A stretch of 32,000 nucleotides of DNA from Thermofilum adornatum (GTDB lineage Archaea > Thermoproteota > Thermoprotei > Thermofilales > Thermofilaceae), in assembly GCF_000446015.1 (NCBI RefSeq), contig NC_022093.1, positions 1,470,001 through 1,502,000 of the forward strand, read 5' to 3'. Below are positions 17,501 through 24,820 of the stretch, piece by piece. Each line of letters opens with the position of its first letter. Within the stretch, counting starts at the first letter, position 1. The position numbers were made by a program, and so were the translations under genes. The notes beneath the pieces are model-generated. The model did not search any database, was not told the DNA's origin, and saw nothing but the letters and a program-made list of their open reading frames with translations.

Positions 17501-17898
17501 ATCTCCTTGCGCCTACCGCTGAGGACCAATACAGCCAGCTCAGCTCGTATGTGGCCGACAAGGAAGCCAAGCCAGCAAAGATCCACGGAATATCTGCTGT
17601 ATCTACACAGCAGGCTGGAGACCAGCTTATAAACCAGCTAAAGGCTCAGCTTGACGCAGTGACTAAGGAGAGGGACAACCTTAAAAGTCAGGTTCAAGAC
17701 CTCCAGGGACAACTGTCTTCTCTCCAAGCCCAGATAGCCCAGCTCCAGAGCCAGCTACAGGCTATGCAGGCTACAGGCGTGGGTAGAGAGGAGGCTACGC
17801 GCTCCCTCCTTGTAGGCCTCGTCGCCGGTATCCTGCTCGGTGCAGGGATAGGTATACTGCTTAGACCCAGAAAAGAGGAACAAAAACAGACAAAATAA
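14563..17898 (+). CDS. GH57-family amylopullulanase / alpha-amylase with a C-terminal surface-anchor module (frame-disrupted at its 5' end)
   Basis: GH57 conserved regions are present: GQIELIPVPYSHP, WPAEQAV (Glu codon at 15355-57), ALDGENPWE (Asp codon at 15664-66) and AEASDWTFWYGGD. Region I (HQP) lies in the upstream fragment in another frame. The C-terminal module (16861-17898) is paralogous to 13248..14426. It has a coiled coil at about 17620-17775 and the TM anchor LLVGLVAGILLGAGIGILL. Confidence 0.85.
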   Translation: MALSSAWYYDADGKAFILPWTRMHTVGNYYKMAYILSKYPSVKATFTFSGSLIQQILDYNQGIKDYRQILSEKIASGASLSIDEKFSMLVMPGGFFDVNWDRVVNVVPRYTELRDRAQSALSKYRYLPEQDYKAKVVSEFTDQDFVDLAVLFNLFWIDPEVLREQYPQVYTLRQQALSGGKGFTRQQLQDILSVHKDLLGKVLGIYGTLASKGQIELIPVPYSHPLAPILADFGLQDDVRLHVSLSTQLFQKVFNYKPKGIWPAEQAVNDQVLNIFASEGYLWTVTDESLLVKAGLDPSDPNVGMRGWYATYGGSKIYVFFRNYELSDLIGFQYSRQDPKQAAQDFVNRLLNLAKKSDGTNIIVIALDGENPWENYQEFGDTFLEALYSLLSDYQSKGILVTTTPAEYLSKFSSTTRELPLKTYKYLDLAGRDISDVPLSYTDDAYTSLPRKDVQGRIPEGSWSGGELAVWIGQRQENAAWMMLIKTRNDVLQKLGVSRLQDALFINPNVVEDILRAEASDWTFWYGGDMGGGFPANPMYKGYLRKAYIDAGMTPPDYLLTQFNPDATPVGVLNTDTPKPPSVEPKLDGVLAPGEWNGALNMSMGNKVAKSILVSPTGNGLYLAVVPVDKSVLSRPSVAIGIYTTAMSRSVSPMHPGFNSIPRYSKLDLGMGLFYEILIYPANSTIIVSAADGKGGWIPLFYGSASVNDVVEAYVPWSNLALSQGELVYISSVTYDSGNIAEYSTRIGQVYQLVVPRATTVAGAKTVFEASDPEGDDDGAGGYKYPKADVFVPGVFDLTKVRVLDTGTSLVFEVYVKNLGGNPWGGPNGFCLQLVHIYIHTTLKLPGRTDTFGLNVNLTDDSAWHIAVLLAPGWGSDPVPNGEKSGIYLSDGTVYVQDGNRFKVYADPARNAIIGEVSKSILPDAGNASKWVYTVALTSYDGYGPQKIRPFGLDPDVWVVGAGAKHAKAVLFNVIPRIMDLLAPTAEDQYSQLSSYVADKEAKPAKIHGISAVSTQQAGDQLINQLKAQLDAVTKERDNLKSQVQDLQGQLSSLQAQIAQLQSQLQAMQATGVGREEATRSLLVGLVAGILLGAGIGILLRPRKEEQKQTK

Positions 17899-17899
17899 A

Positions 17900-19957
17900 T
17901 TATTTTTCTTTTATTTTTTTCTTGTAGAGTATCACCCAGGAATAGGGATCCAGCTCTATTCTTCTAGTTCTCCTGTCACTGTTAAGCTCCGTGTATTCTT
18001 CTTTTAGCGTTACCTCTATATTTCCTTCACGGTTTATTATTAGGAGGACTTCCTCGGAGTCCATCCACCTAGTTATTTTTACTGCCTCCGTGTTGAGGGG
18101 CTCGGCGTCGAAGAATCCATACTTTACCGAGAGAAACTTCTTTCTCAGCTCCGAGAGTTTGCGTATAAGTTCAAGCAGTTCAATGTTCCACTCGTTGGAG
18201 TTCCATGTTATAGGCATCCTGTTGTTTGGGTCATGTCCCCCCTTCATCCCGAATTCGTCCCCATAATATATTGAGGGCGAGCCCGGAAGGAGAAACATTG
18301 CAACATACAAGGCTTTCAGGCATTTTTCTCCGCACTTTTCTGCAAGTGTCGCTATTCGGGGTGTGTCGTGGCTACCAAGCAGGTTGTACATGGAGTTTGC
18401 GGCGTAGAGTGGCATGTCGACGTAAAGATTCTTTACACCCTCAACAAAGCTATAGGCATCGATGGACTTGTTTATGAAAAAGTCTAGCAGGAGTGCCCTG
18501 AGGTCGTAATTCATCGCTGAGTCGGCCGTGATGCCTAATGGGTAAAGGCTATCGCCATTCGTGATCTCGAGTATTACTGGACAGCTGGGACACTTCTCTT
18601 TTACCTTTTCATAGAAAAACTGCATGGCATCATCTGGGATAGCGTGTCCAACATCTATCCTAAATCCCCTAGCACCCTTCTCGAGCCAGAAATGTGCCAG
18701 CTTAACTAGTCTCTCTTTGACTTCAGGGTTCGAGTAGTTAAGCTTAGCCATGAACCAGTTGCAGAAAAACGTCTCGTAGAAAGGCTTTTTTCCCAAAAGA
18801 TCGCTTGAAGGCTTGTCACAGCCCCCTGACACCAGTTTTCTTAAGGCTTCGAGCTCACCGGGCTCGGGCTCACGGTTAAACCTGAACCACCCCTTGTACC
18901 TCGAGTTCTCGTTTAGAATCGCTTCTCTGAACTCATTGCTACATGGCGATACATGGTGGGCGACAACGTCTACAACAACCTTTATGTTTCTTTTTTCTGA
19001 TTCACGAACAAGTTCCTCCCAGTCTTCCCATGTTCCAATGTCGTCGTCAAGTGAAAAGTGATCGATCACGTCGTAACGGTGATAACTCTGGGCCTTGTAG
19101 ATGGGTGTGAGATATATAGCGTCGACGCCGAGCGAGGCTATATGGTCGAGGCTAAGCGTAATATCTTTTATTTTTCCGCCTAGCCTTGTTCTAGGCCTGT
19201 CCCCCTGTATCACCTTTTTTTCACGTGTAAAGCTGTCCGGAAAAATCAAATAGTAAGTTGCACCGAGAAACCATTCAGCATGATCTACTCCTCTAATAGT
19301 GACAGGATAAATGTATTCTTCATCCCCTACGCCATTCTTTCCATAAACGGCGTCTCCGTCCTCAAGCCTAAGTAGAAACCTGTATGCGTCTACCCTGCCA
19401 GCCACCCTTCCTTGGAAATAGTCAACAAATTTGTTGCTATGAAACTTCTCCATTTGGACAACTTTTCCTTTACTTGTTTCTATGTAGGCTCCCCTTAGGG
19501 TGTTCCTTGGAGCCTTTAGCCTAATAATCGTGTCGCCTAGGTAGTGGCTGATAAAGGCTGGATCGTTTTCGTCATGTATTATGAGCTCTGGAGGTGCTTT
19601 TTCCTCCCTCGAGGCCTTAATGAATTCTTCCACGCCAATCATTGCCAGCGAGAACTCTGCCGTATAGTCGCTGTCAGGCCAAGGCTTCAACGTTTCTTTT
19701 AATGTGTTTTCCTCGTCTAGAAAGCTGGCTCCACAAGTCGATGCAAACCTGTATGGATACACTCCTTCCCAAAGCTTTACGATGGCTTTTCCACGACTTT
19801 CTTCTCTCTTCATTTCTATCCTTCCTGGAAAGTAAGAAGTAAAAGTGGAGACAAGATAAAGGAAGCTTGCCTCTTGCGGCCACCTGCAAGAAAACTCCAC
19901 AATGTATCTGCCTAGTCTCTTATCTCCTAGCTTTTCGCGTCCTATCACCTTGTACAC
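17900..19957 (-). CDS. GH13 alpha-amylase-family enzyme, cytoplasmic (cyclomaltodextrinase / neopullulanase-like)
   Basis: All four GH13 regions are present: VVDVVAHHVS (I), GFRIDVGHAIP (II), VILEITNG (III) and LLGSHDTPRI (IV). There is no signal peptide. An N-terminal beta-domain precedes the barrel. Confidence 0.9.
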   Translation of the reverse strand: MYKVIGREKLGDKRLGRYIVEFSCRWPQEASFLYLVSTFTSYFPGRIEMKREESRGKAIVKLWEGVYPYRFASTCGASFLDEENTLKETLKPWPDSDYTAEFSLAMIGVEEFIKASREEKAPPELIIHDENDPAFISHYLGDTIIRLKAPRNTLRGAYIETSKGKVVQMEKFHSNKFVDYFQGRVAGRVDAYRFLLRLEDGDAVYGKNGVGDEEYIYPVTIRGVDHAEWFLGATYYLIFPDSFTREKKVIQGDRPRTRLGGKIKDITLSLDHIASLGVDAIYLTPIYKAQSYHRYDVIDHFSLDDDIGTWEDWEELVRESEKRNIKVVVDVVAHHVSPCSNEFREAILNENSRYKGWFRFNREPEPGELEALRKLVSGGCDKPSSDLLGKKPFYETFFCNWFMAKLNYSNPEVKERLVKLAHFWLEKGARGFRIDVGHAIPDDAMQFFYEKVKEKCPSCPVILEITNGDSLYPLGITADSAMNYDLRALLLDFFINKSIDAYSFVEGVKNLYVDMPLYAANSMYNLLGSHDTPRIATLAEKCGEKCLKALYVAMFLLPGSPSIYYGDEFGMKGGHDPNNRMPITWNSNEWNIELLELIRKLSELRKKFLSVKYGFFDAEPLNTEAVKITRWMDSEEVLLIINREGNIEVTLKEEYTELNSDRRTRRIELDPYSWVILYKKKIKEK

Positions 19958-20107
19958 GGCTTAGACCCTTAGGGTATAATAGTCTATAAATTAAGGCTTT
20001 AAGTATTCATAGATCGTGTTAATCGTTGAACAATTTTGGTATTATAAAGTTTTAGCAAAGAAATTTATTTATGGAAGCCCAACAAATATTTAACTGCAGG
20101 TGGAAAC

Positions 20108-21607
20108 ATGAACATAAGTAGAAACGTGCTCATAGCAATTGTTCTCGTCATTGTAGCTGTCGGCATAATAGGCGCATATTACCTAACCCTGCCCCCATCT
20201 CCACAGCCCACACAGCCAAGCCAACCTACTCAACCCTCTCAGCCCTCGCAACCTAGTCAACCCTCCCAGCCGAGCCAGCCTTCCCAGCCCCAGCAGCCCT
20301 CACAGCCATCACAGCCCCAGCAGCCTTCTGGCCCAACTCTCCAAACACTCACTATTGGAACAAGCCAGATAAGAGTCCCCAGCGACTTCTACGACTTTGT
20401 CCAGAAAGCTAAAGCTGGACAAGTAAAGGTCACAATAAACTTCTGGACTGGGATGAGTGACTGGGAAGTCCAAGTAATGAAACAGGTCATAGACAAATTC
20501 CAGAAAGAGTATCCGGGGATAACTATCAAATATACAAATGTCCAGAACCTGAAGGAACAGGTAAAGGCAGGCGTCTTGACAGGGGACATCGAGAACACCG
20601 CCCACGTGTTTACTTGGGCACATGACTGGACGGGAGACCTGGCGGACAGCGGGACAATAATCGCGCTTGACCAGTATCTCCCAGTTGAGACCCTGACAGA
20701 CCTCAAGCAACAATACATGGCTTCTGCCTATTCAAGCGGCGTCTACAAGCTACACTTCTACGGCTTCCCATGGGCGGCAGAAGCAATAGCCCTCGTATGT
20801 AACAAGGACTTTGTACCGACGGCTCCACAGACCTGGAGCGACTACGAGAAAATAATGCAACAATGGTACAACCCATCTAAGAACACGTATGGTATAGCCT
20901 ACCAGATTGACCCCTACCACGTCTACCCATTTGTTACCGCATTTGGAGGCTTCTACTATGACGACGACAAGAACACGGCCGGAGTCAACACAACTGGCAC
21001 CCTCGAGGGGCTAAAGTTCTACATCACCCACGTTATGAAGTACATGTATACGTCTGACACAGGCATGGAGACCCAGCTCAAAATACTCCTCGAAAAGAGA
21101 ACCCCATGCATGGTTACGGGCCCATGGAACATAAAGACAATCAAGGAAACGATTCCAAACACTGTTGTGTACCCGATTCCATCAATCGACGGGAAGACTC
21201 CGAGGCCCTTCTCTGGAATCAAGCTACTATGGATCACGAGTGTCGTTGCCAACGACAAGAACAGGCTCTATGCATCCATCCTATTCTCGATGTGGTTCAC
21301 ACTCAACGATGACACATTGAAGACCCTGGTCGACGCGGGATACATCCCAGTAAAGCTATCCATACTACAATACCTACAAGCTAATGCAGACAAGTACCCG
21401 ACAACCCTCGGCTTTGCACAGTCAGTCTCAAACAGCGTTCCAATGCCCAAATCCGCGAACATGCAGTACGTCTGGGCTCCAGTCTCCGACGTTCTAAACT
21501 CAGTGTTGACAACCTACAATGAGAAGGGTCCCGACGCCGCTGTCCAGGCGCTGAGCCAGCTACTTAACGATGCACAGGCAAAGATCCTAGCAAAAATAAA
21601 GAGTTAA
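20108..21607 (+). CDS. ABC sugar-binding protein (MalE-like maltose/maltodextrin binding), membrane-anchored through an N-terminal TM and a P-S/T-Q linker
   Basis: The N-terminal TM is VLIAIVLVIVAVGIIGAYYL, followed by a repeat linker. The family-1 solute-binding fold opens with KVTINFWTGM...VIDKFQKEYPGITIKY. Two sugar ABC permease genes follow. Confidence 0.85.
   Translation: MNISRNVLIAIVLVIVAVGIIGAYYLTLPPSPQPTQPSQPTQPSQPSQPSQPSQPSQPSQPQQPSQPSQPQQPSGPTLQTLTIGTSQIRVPSDFYDFVQKAKAGQVKVTINFWTGMSDWEVQVMKQVIDKFQKEYPGITIKYTNVQNLKEQVKAGVLTGDIENTAHVFTWAHDWTGDLADSGTIIALDQYLPVETLTDLKQQYMASAYSSGVYKLHFYGFPWAAEAIALVCNKDFVPTAPQTWSDYEKIMQQWYNPSKNTYGIAYQIDPYHVYPFVTAFGGFYYDDDKNTAGVNTTGTLEGLKFYITHVMKYMYTSDTGMETQLKILLEKRTPCMVTGPWNIKTIKETIPNTVVYPIPSIDGKTPRPFSGIKLLWITSVVANDKNRLYASILFSMWFTLNDDTLKTLVDAGYIPVKLSILQYLQANADKYPTTLGFAQSVSNSVPMPKSANMQYVWAPVSDVLNSVLTTYNEKGPDAAVQALSQLLNDAQAKILAKIKS
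20192..20335 (+). repeat. in-frame tripeptide repeat linker (P-S/T/Q-Q, about 13 units)
   Basis: PPSPQPTQPSQPTQPSQPSQPSQPSQPSQPSQPQQPSQPSQPQQPSGP is encoded by degenerate 9-nt CCN-WSN-CAR units whose synonymous codons vary between units. Confidence 0.9.
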
Positions 21608-21649
21608 AGTCTAGACAAGGGAAGAATAATAAGATAAAGAGGTTTTTTT

Positions 21650-23125
21650 ATGGCCAAGTCCAAGAGTAAAGGTTTGTATCCCTCACACGTAGCTTTCATG
21701 CTTATCTTCCTGAGTCTGGCCATGTACCTCTTCTTCTCAATATGGCCAATAGCATACTCGATCTATGTTGCCTTTACAGACGCCAACAATTACAACATAG
21801 CCTCTGAGCCCAGGATACGTGAACTCCAGGCACAGCGCGCCAACATAATCAACTATCTCCAGAATAACCGGGAAAACGTTTTGAAACAGGTTTATGCAGT
21901 AGATAATTATCTCGGGAATGCCTATTCCTCCTTGCTTACGCTGAAACAAATTATACAGTCCTCTACGCCTCAGAACTTTTCAGTTGCGAAGATCTCCGAG
22001 ATAAGAGGCACCACTGACAATGCTCTTGCATATGCCTCAAACATAATAACGAGTAACACAACTTTTCTCTACTACTATGCCAATCTAGGCGATGTTGTCT
22101 CCAAGGCTGTTACCCTTATTGATGGAGGCATCTGGGCGGACATCGACAAAATAGTAGGATTTAAGCTTATCCTGACCGAGGACGACCTCGCACAGCTCAG
22201 GACAAGCGTTGTCCCAAAAATAGACCAAGCCCTGTCACTTCTACAGACGGCTAGAGACATGCTAAGGCAAATCGAGACAAACTATGACTCTTTTGTCGCG
22301 TCTGCTACTAAAGGCCTAGACGAGGAGATAGACAAAATATCCATGCACTTTGTTGGCCTCAAGAACTTTGAAACCCTTTTCTCGGATTCGAGGTTCCCTA
22401 ACTCAATATACAAGACACTTCTTTTTGTCCTTACAAGCGTGCCATTAAAGGTAGCGGTCGGAGTCTTCCTGGCTTTCCTCTTCTCGTCAGAGCTCATCTA
22501 TGGGAGAAAAATAATGAGGGCGGCTTTGCTTGTCCCTTGGGCGTTGCCCGTGCTCCTCTCTGTCACAACGTGGAGAATGTTTATGGCCCCACAGATGGGT
22601 CCATTGTGGTACTTCCTTAAAGGCCTTGGCATCGACATAAACATCTATAACAGGGAGTGGGACGCCTTCCTGGCCTACAACATCGTGGAAATGTGGCTAG
22701 CCTATCCATTCATAATGACTGTCACGATGGCCGCTATCACCTCTATACCTAAGGAGCTCATTGAGTCCGCGATGGTTGACGGTGCATCTGTCTGGCAGAG
22801 ATTTAAAGACATAATGCTACCCCTAATCTCTAGGCCAGTACTATTCGCCAGCATACTGACGGCTGGAGCATCTTTACAGGCATTCATGGTTCCTCTACTC
22901 ATAAACAATGGAGGACCAACAAAGGACATCCAGTTCTTGTGGTTCCCACGGACGACCGGAGGCGTAAACGAGATGATTGTTCTCTTCGGCTACAATAGGG
23001 CCTACCTAGACCAGCTATACGGATTGTCAGCAGCGGCTTACCTCGTAGTTGTAGCCATACTGTTCATATACGCGCTCATATGGTACTTCCTAATCTACAA
23101 GAGGACGACTCCAGGTGGTATGTGA
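21650..23125 (+). CDS. ABC sugar permease (MalF-like) with a large extracytoplasmic loop after TM1
   Basis: The EAA loop is IPKELIESAMVDGASVWQRFKDIMLP. A hydrophilic insertion of about 210 aa lies between TM1 (residues about 14-42) and TM2 (about 254-280). Confidence 0.85.
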   Translation: MAKSKSKGLYPSHVAFMLIFLSLAMYLFFSIWPIAYSIYVAFTDANNYNIASEPRIRELQAQRANIINYLQNNRENVLKQVYAVDNYLGNAYSSLLTLKQIIQSSTPQNFSVAKISEIRGTTDNALAYASNIITSNTTFLYYYANLGDVVSKAVTLIDGGIWADIDKIVGFKLILTEDDLAQLRTSVVPKIDQALSLLQTARDMLRQIETNYDSFVASATKGLDEEIDKISMHFVGLKNFETLFSDSRFPNSIYKTLLFVLTSVPLKVAVGVFLAFLFSSELIYGRKIMRAALLVPWALPVLLSVTTWRMFMAPQMGPLWYFLKGLGIDINIYNREWDAFLAYNIVEMWLAYPFIMTVTMAAITSIPKELIESAMVDGASVWQRFKDIMLPLISRPVLFASILTAGASLQAFMVPLLINNGGPTKDIQFLWFPRTTGGVNEMIVLFGYNRAYLDQLYGLSAAAYLVVVAILFIYALIWYFLIYKRTTPGGM

Positions 23126-23979
23126 TGGTCGGAAGGTACTGGTACCGATTTGTAGCATCAATAGTCTTGACAACCTTCGGTGCACTAATCGTCTTTATCC
23201 TATTATACCCAGTTCTCTTTGCCTTGCTGTCAAGCCTCGTAAGGGGACAAATGATCGTAACAGACATTTCGCAAGTAGCAAAGGCCGGACTGTCGTTAGA
23301 GCACTATGTAAAGGCTATAAGCGACCCACGATTCATTAACGACACGCTCCTCAGCCTCCTAGTAGCACTCATAAACATAATATTTGCTCTCGTAGTGATT
23401 ACTCCAGCTGCCTATGCATTTTCAAGGTTCAGGTTCCCAGGCAGGGACACGTTGCTGGTAGCATACCTGGTAATGAACCAGGTCGGTGGAGGATTCGGTG
23501 TGGCCGCAGTCATAGCGCTCTACGTAATGTTGCTAAAACTCAACCAGCTCGGGTTACCAGTCATCGGGAACCCAGTCGTCTTGGCGGCTATCTATACCGC
23601 GGGAGCAGTACCATTCCAGACCTGGATGGTCAAAAACTACCTGGACGCCTTGCCGAGGGAGATAGACGAGTCCGCGTTCATTGACGGCGCCAACTGGAGA
23701 CAAATAATATTCGACGTAGTCCTTCCCGCCTCGAAGCCAACAATGGTGGTCATCGCGCTCTTCGCCTTTATGGGCGCCTGGGGAGAATTCATCATTGCAA
23801 ACTTCCTAAGGGTGGAGACCCTGGCCGCATACGTCTATGCCACTGCGACAGGCCAGACAATTTTCTGGAGCGACTTTGCGGCTAGAACCCTTCTCTTCGC
23901 TATACCAATCATAGCGATATATGTGTTTACACAGAAATACATAGGAGAAGCAATGAGGTACGGCGCTGCCAAGATATAA
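23125..23979 (+). CDS. ABC sugar permease (MalG-like)
   Basis: The EAA loop is LPREIDESAFIDGANWRQIIFDVVLP. The track ORF starts at 23080, but the ATG at 23125 overlaps the MalF stop as TGATG (classic coupling) and gives MVGRYWYRF directly before TM1. Confidence 0.8.
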   Translation: MVGRYWYRFVASIVLTTFGALIVFILLYPVLFALLSSLVRGQMIVTDISQVAKAGLSLEHYVKAISDPRFINDTLLSLLVALINIIFALVVITPAAYAFSRFRFPGRDTLLVAYLVMNQVGGGFGVAAVIALYVMLLKLNQLGLPVIGNPVVLAAIYTAGAVPFQTWMVKNYLDALPREIDESAFIDGANWRQIIFDVVLPASKPTMVVIALFAFMGAWGEFIIANFLRVETLAAYVYATATGQTIFWSDFAARTLLFAIPIIAIYVFTQKYIGEAMRYGAAKI

Positions 23980-24036
23980 CAATGACTTTTTTCAAAGTAG
24001 AAAATTACTAATATTTTCTCGCACCTTTTTAGATCT

Positions 24037-24789
24037 ATGGCTGGTAGACTCGCCTTAGCCGCTATTCTCCTTGGAACGGGCTACCTATTGTCTTTTACAT
24101 TTGCGCTGTTTCTTCCCAGGCAAGTCGGCGAGACCCTGTTGCTTGGATTCCTCGTAGCATCTTTACTCGCCGCATATAAAGAGTGGAAAGAGGCGCCCCT
24201 ACTCGTAATACTCGGCTCACTGGTAGGATTCTTTTCAGAGTTTCTGGGGCTAAGCTTCGGCGTCCCGTTTGGACGCTACAGGTATCTAAGATTCAGGAAC
24301 GCTACGCTTTTTAACGTACCTATCCCAATCATCATTGCATGGGGAACGTACCTCTACACATCATATCTCGCGTCACTACCCCTGACGAGAGACAAGTGGA
24401 GAAGGCTCGTACTGGCATCCCTACTCATGGTTCTGTTAGACCTCGCCATAGACCCTGCCATGGTTAGTGCTGGCTTTTGGGAATGGCTCGATACTGGGTC
24501 ATGGTTTGGAATACCCATGTTAAACTTTGTAGGCTGGTTTACCGTATCCTTTGTTGCTACGCTCCTATACACACAAATAGCGAAAAGCAATCCAGAGGGA
24601 AGCCCAGCACTCTATCTCCCGTACTTGGCTACCTATCCGCAACTCTTCTACTTTGCTAATGGAGAAGCTCTTCTAGCTGTCTCTATCAGCTTCACAATTG
24701 CAATATTAATTTTCGGTCTAGTCTTACAAAGGTACATCACCAAGAAATTGCCTGTGGCGACCCGTAGAGAGCAATACATCCATTCATGA
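24037..24789 (+). CDS. polytopic membrane protein, DUF422 / 'carotenoid biosynthesis protein'-like (tentative)
   Basis: 250 aa with about 7 TM helices. The motif GVPFGRYRY...NVPIPIIIAWG resembles the G-x-PFG-x-Y-x-Y block I associate with PF04240-type proteins. This assignment is from memory and has not been searched. Confidence 0.5.
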   Translation: MAGRLALAAILLGTGYLLSFTFALFLPRQVGETLLLGFLVASLLAAYKEWKEAPLLVILGSLVGFFSEFLGLSFGVPFGRYRYLRFRNATLFNVPIPIIIAWGTYLYTSYLASLPLTRDKWRRLVLASLLMVLLDLAIDPAMVSAGFWEWLDTGSWFGIPMLNFVGWFTVSFVATLLYTQIAKSNPEGSPALYLPYLATYPQLFYFANGEALLAVSISFTIAILIFGLVLQRYITKKLPVATRREQYIHS

Positions 24790-24820
24790 ACAACGTTTTG
24801 GTTTAACCTTTAAAGCCGGC

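Noticed and set aside
20309-20718. 134-aa and 109-aa minus-strand ORFs within malE
   Set aside because: They are antisense to a well-supported binding-protein gene, have no motifs and overlap each other.
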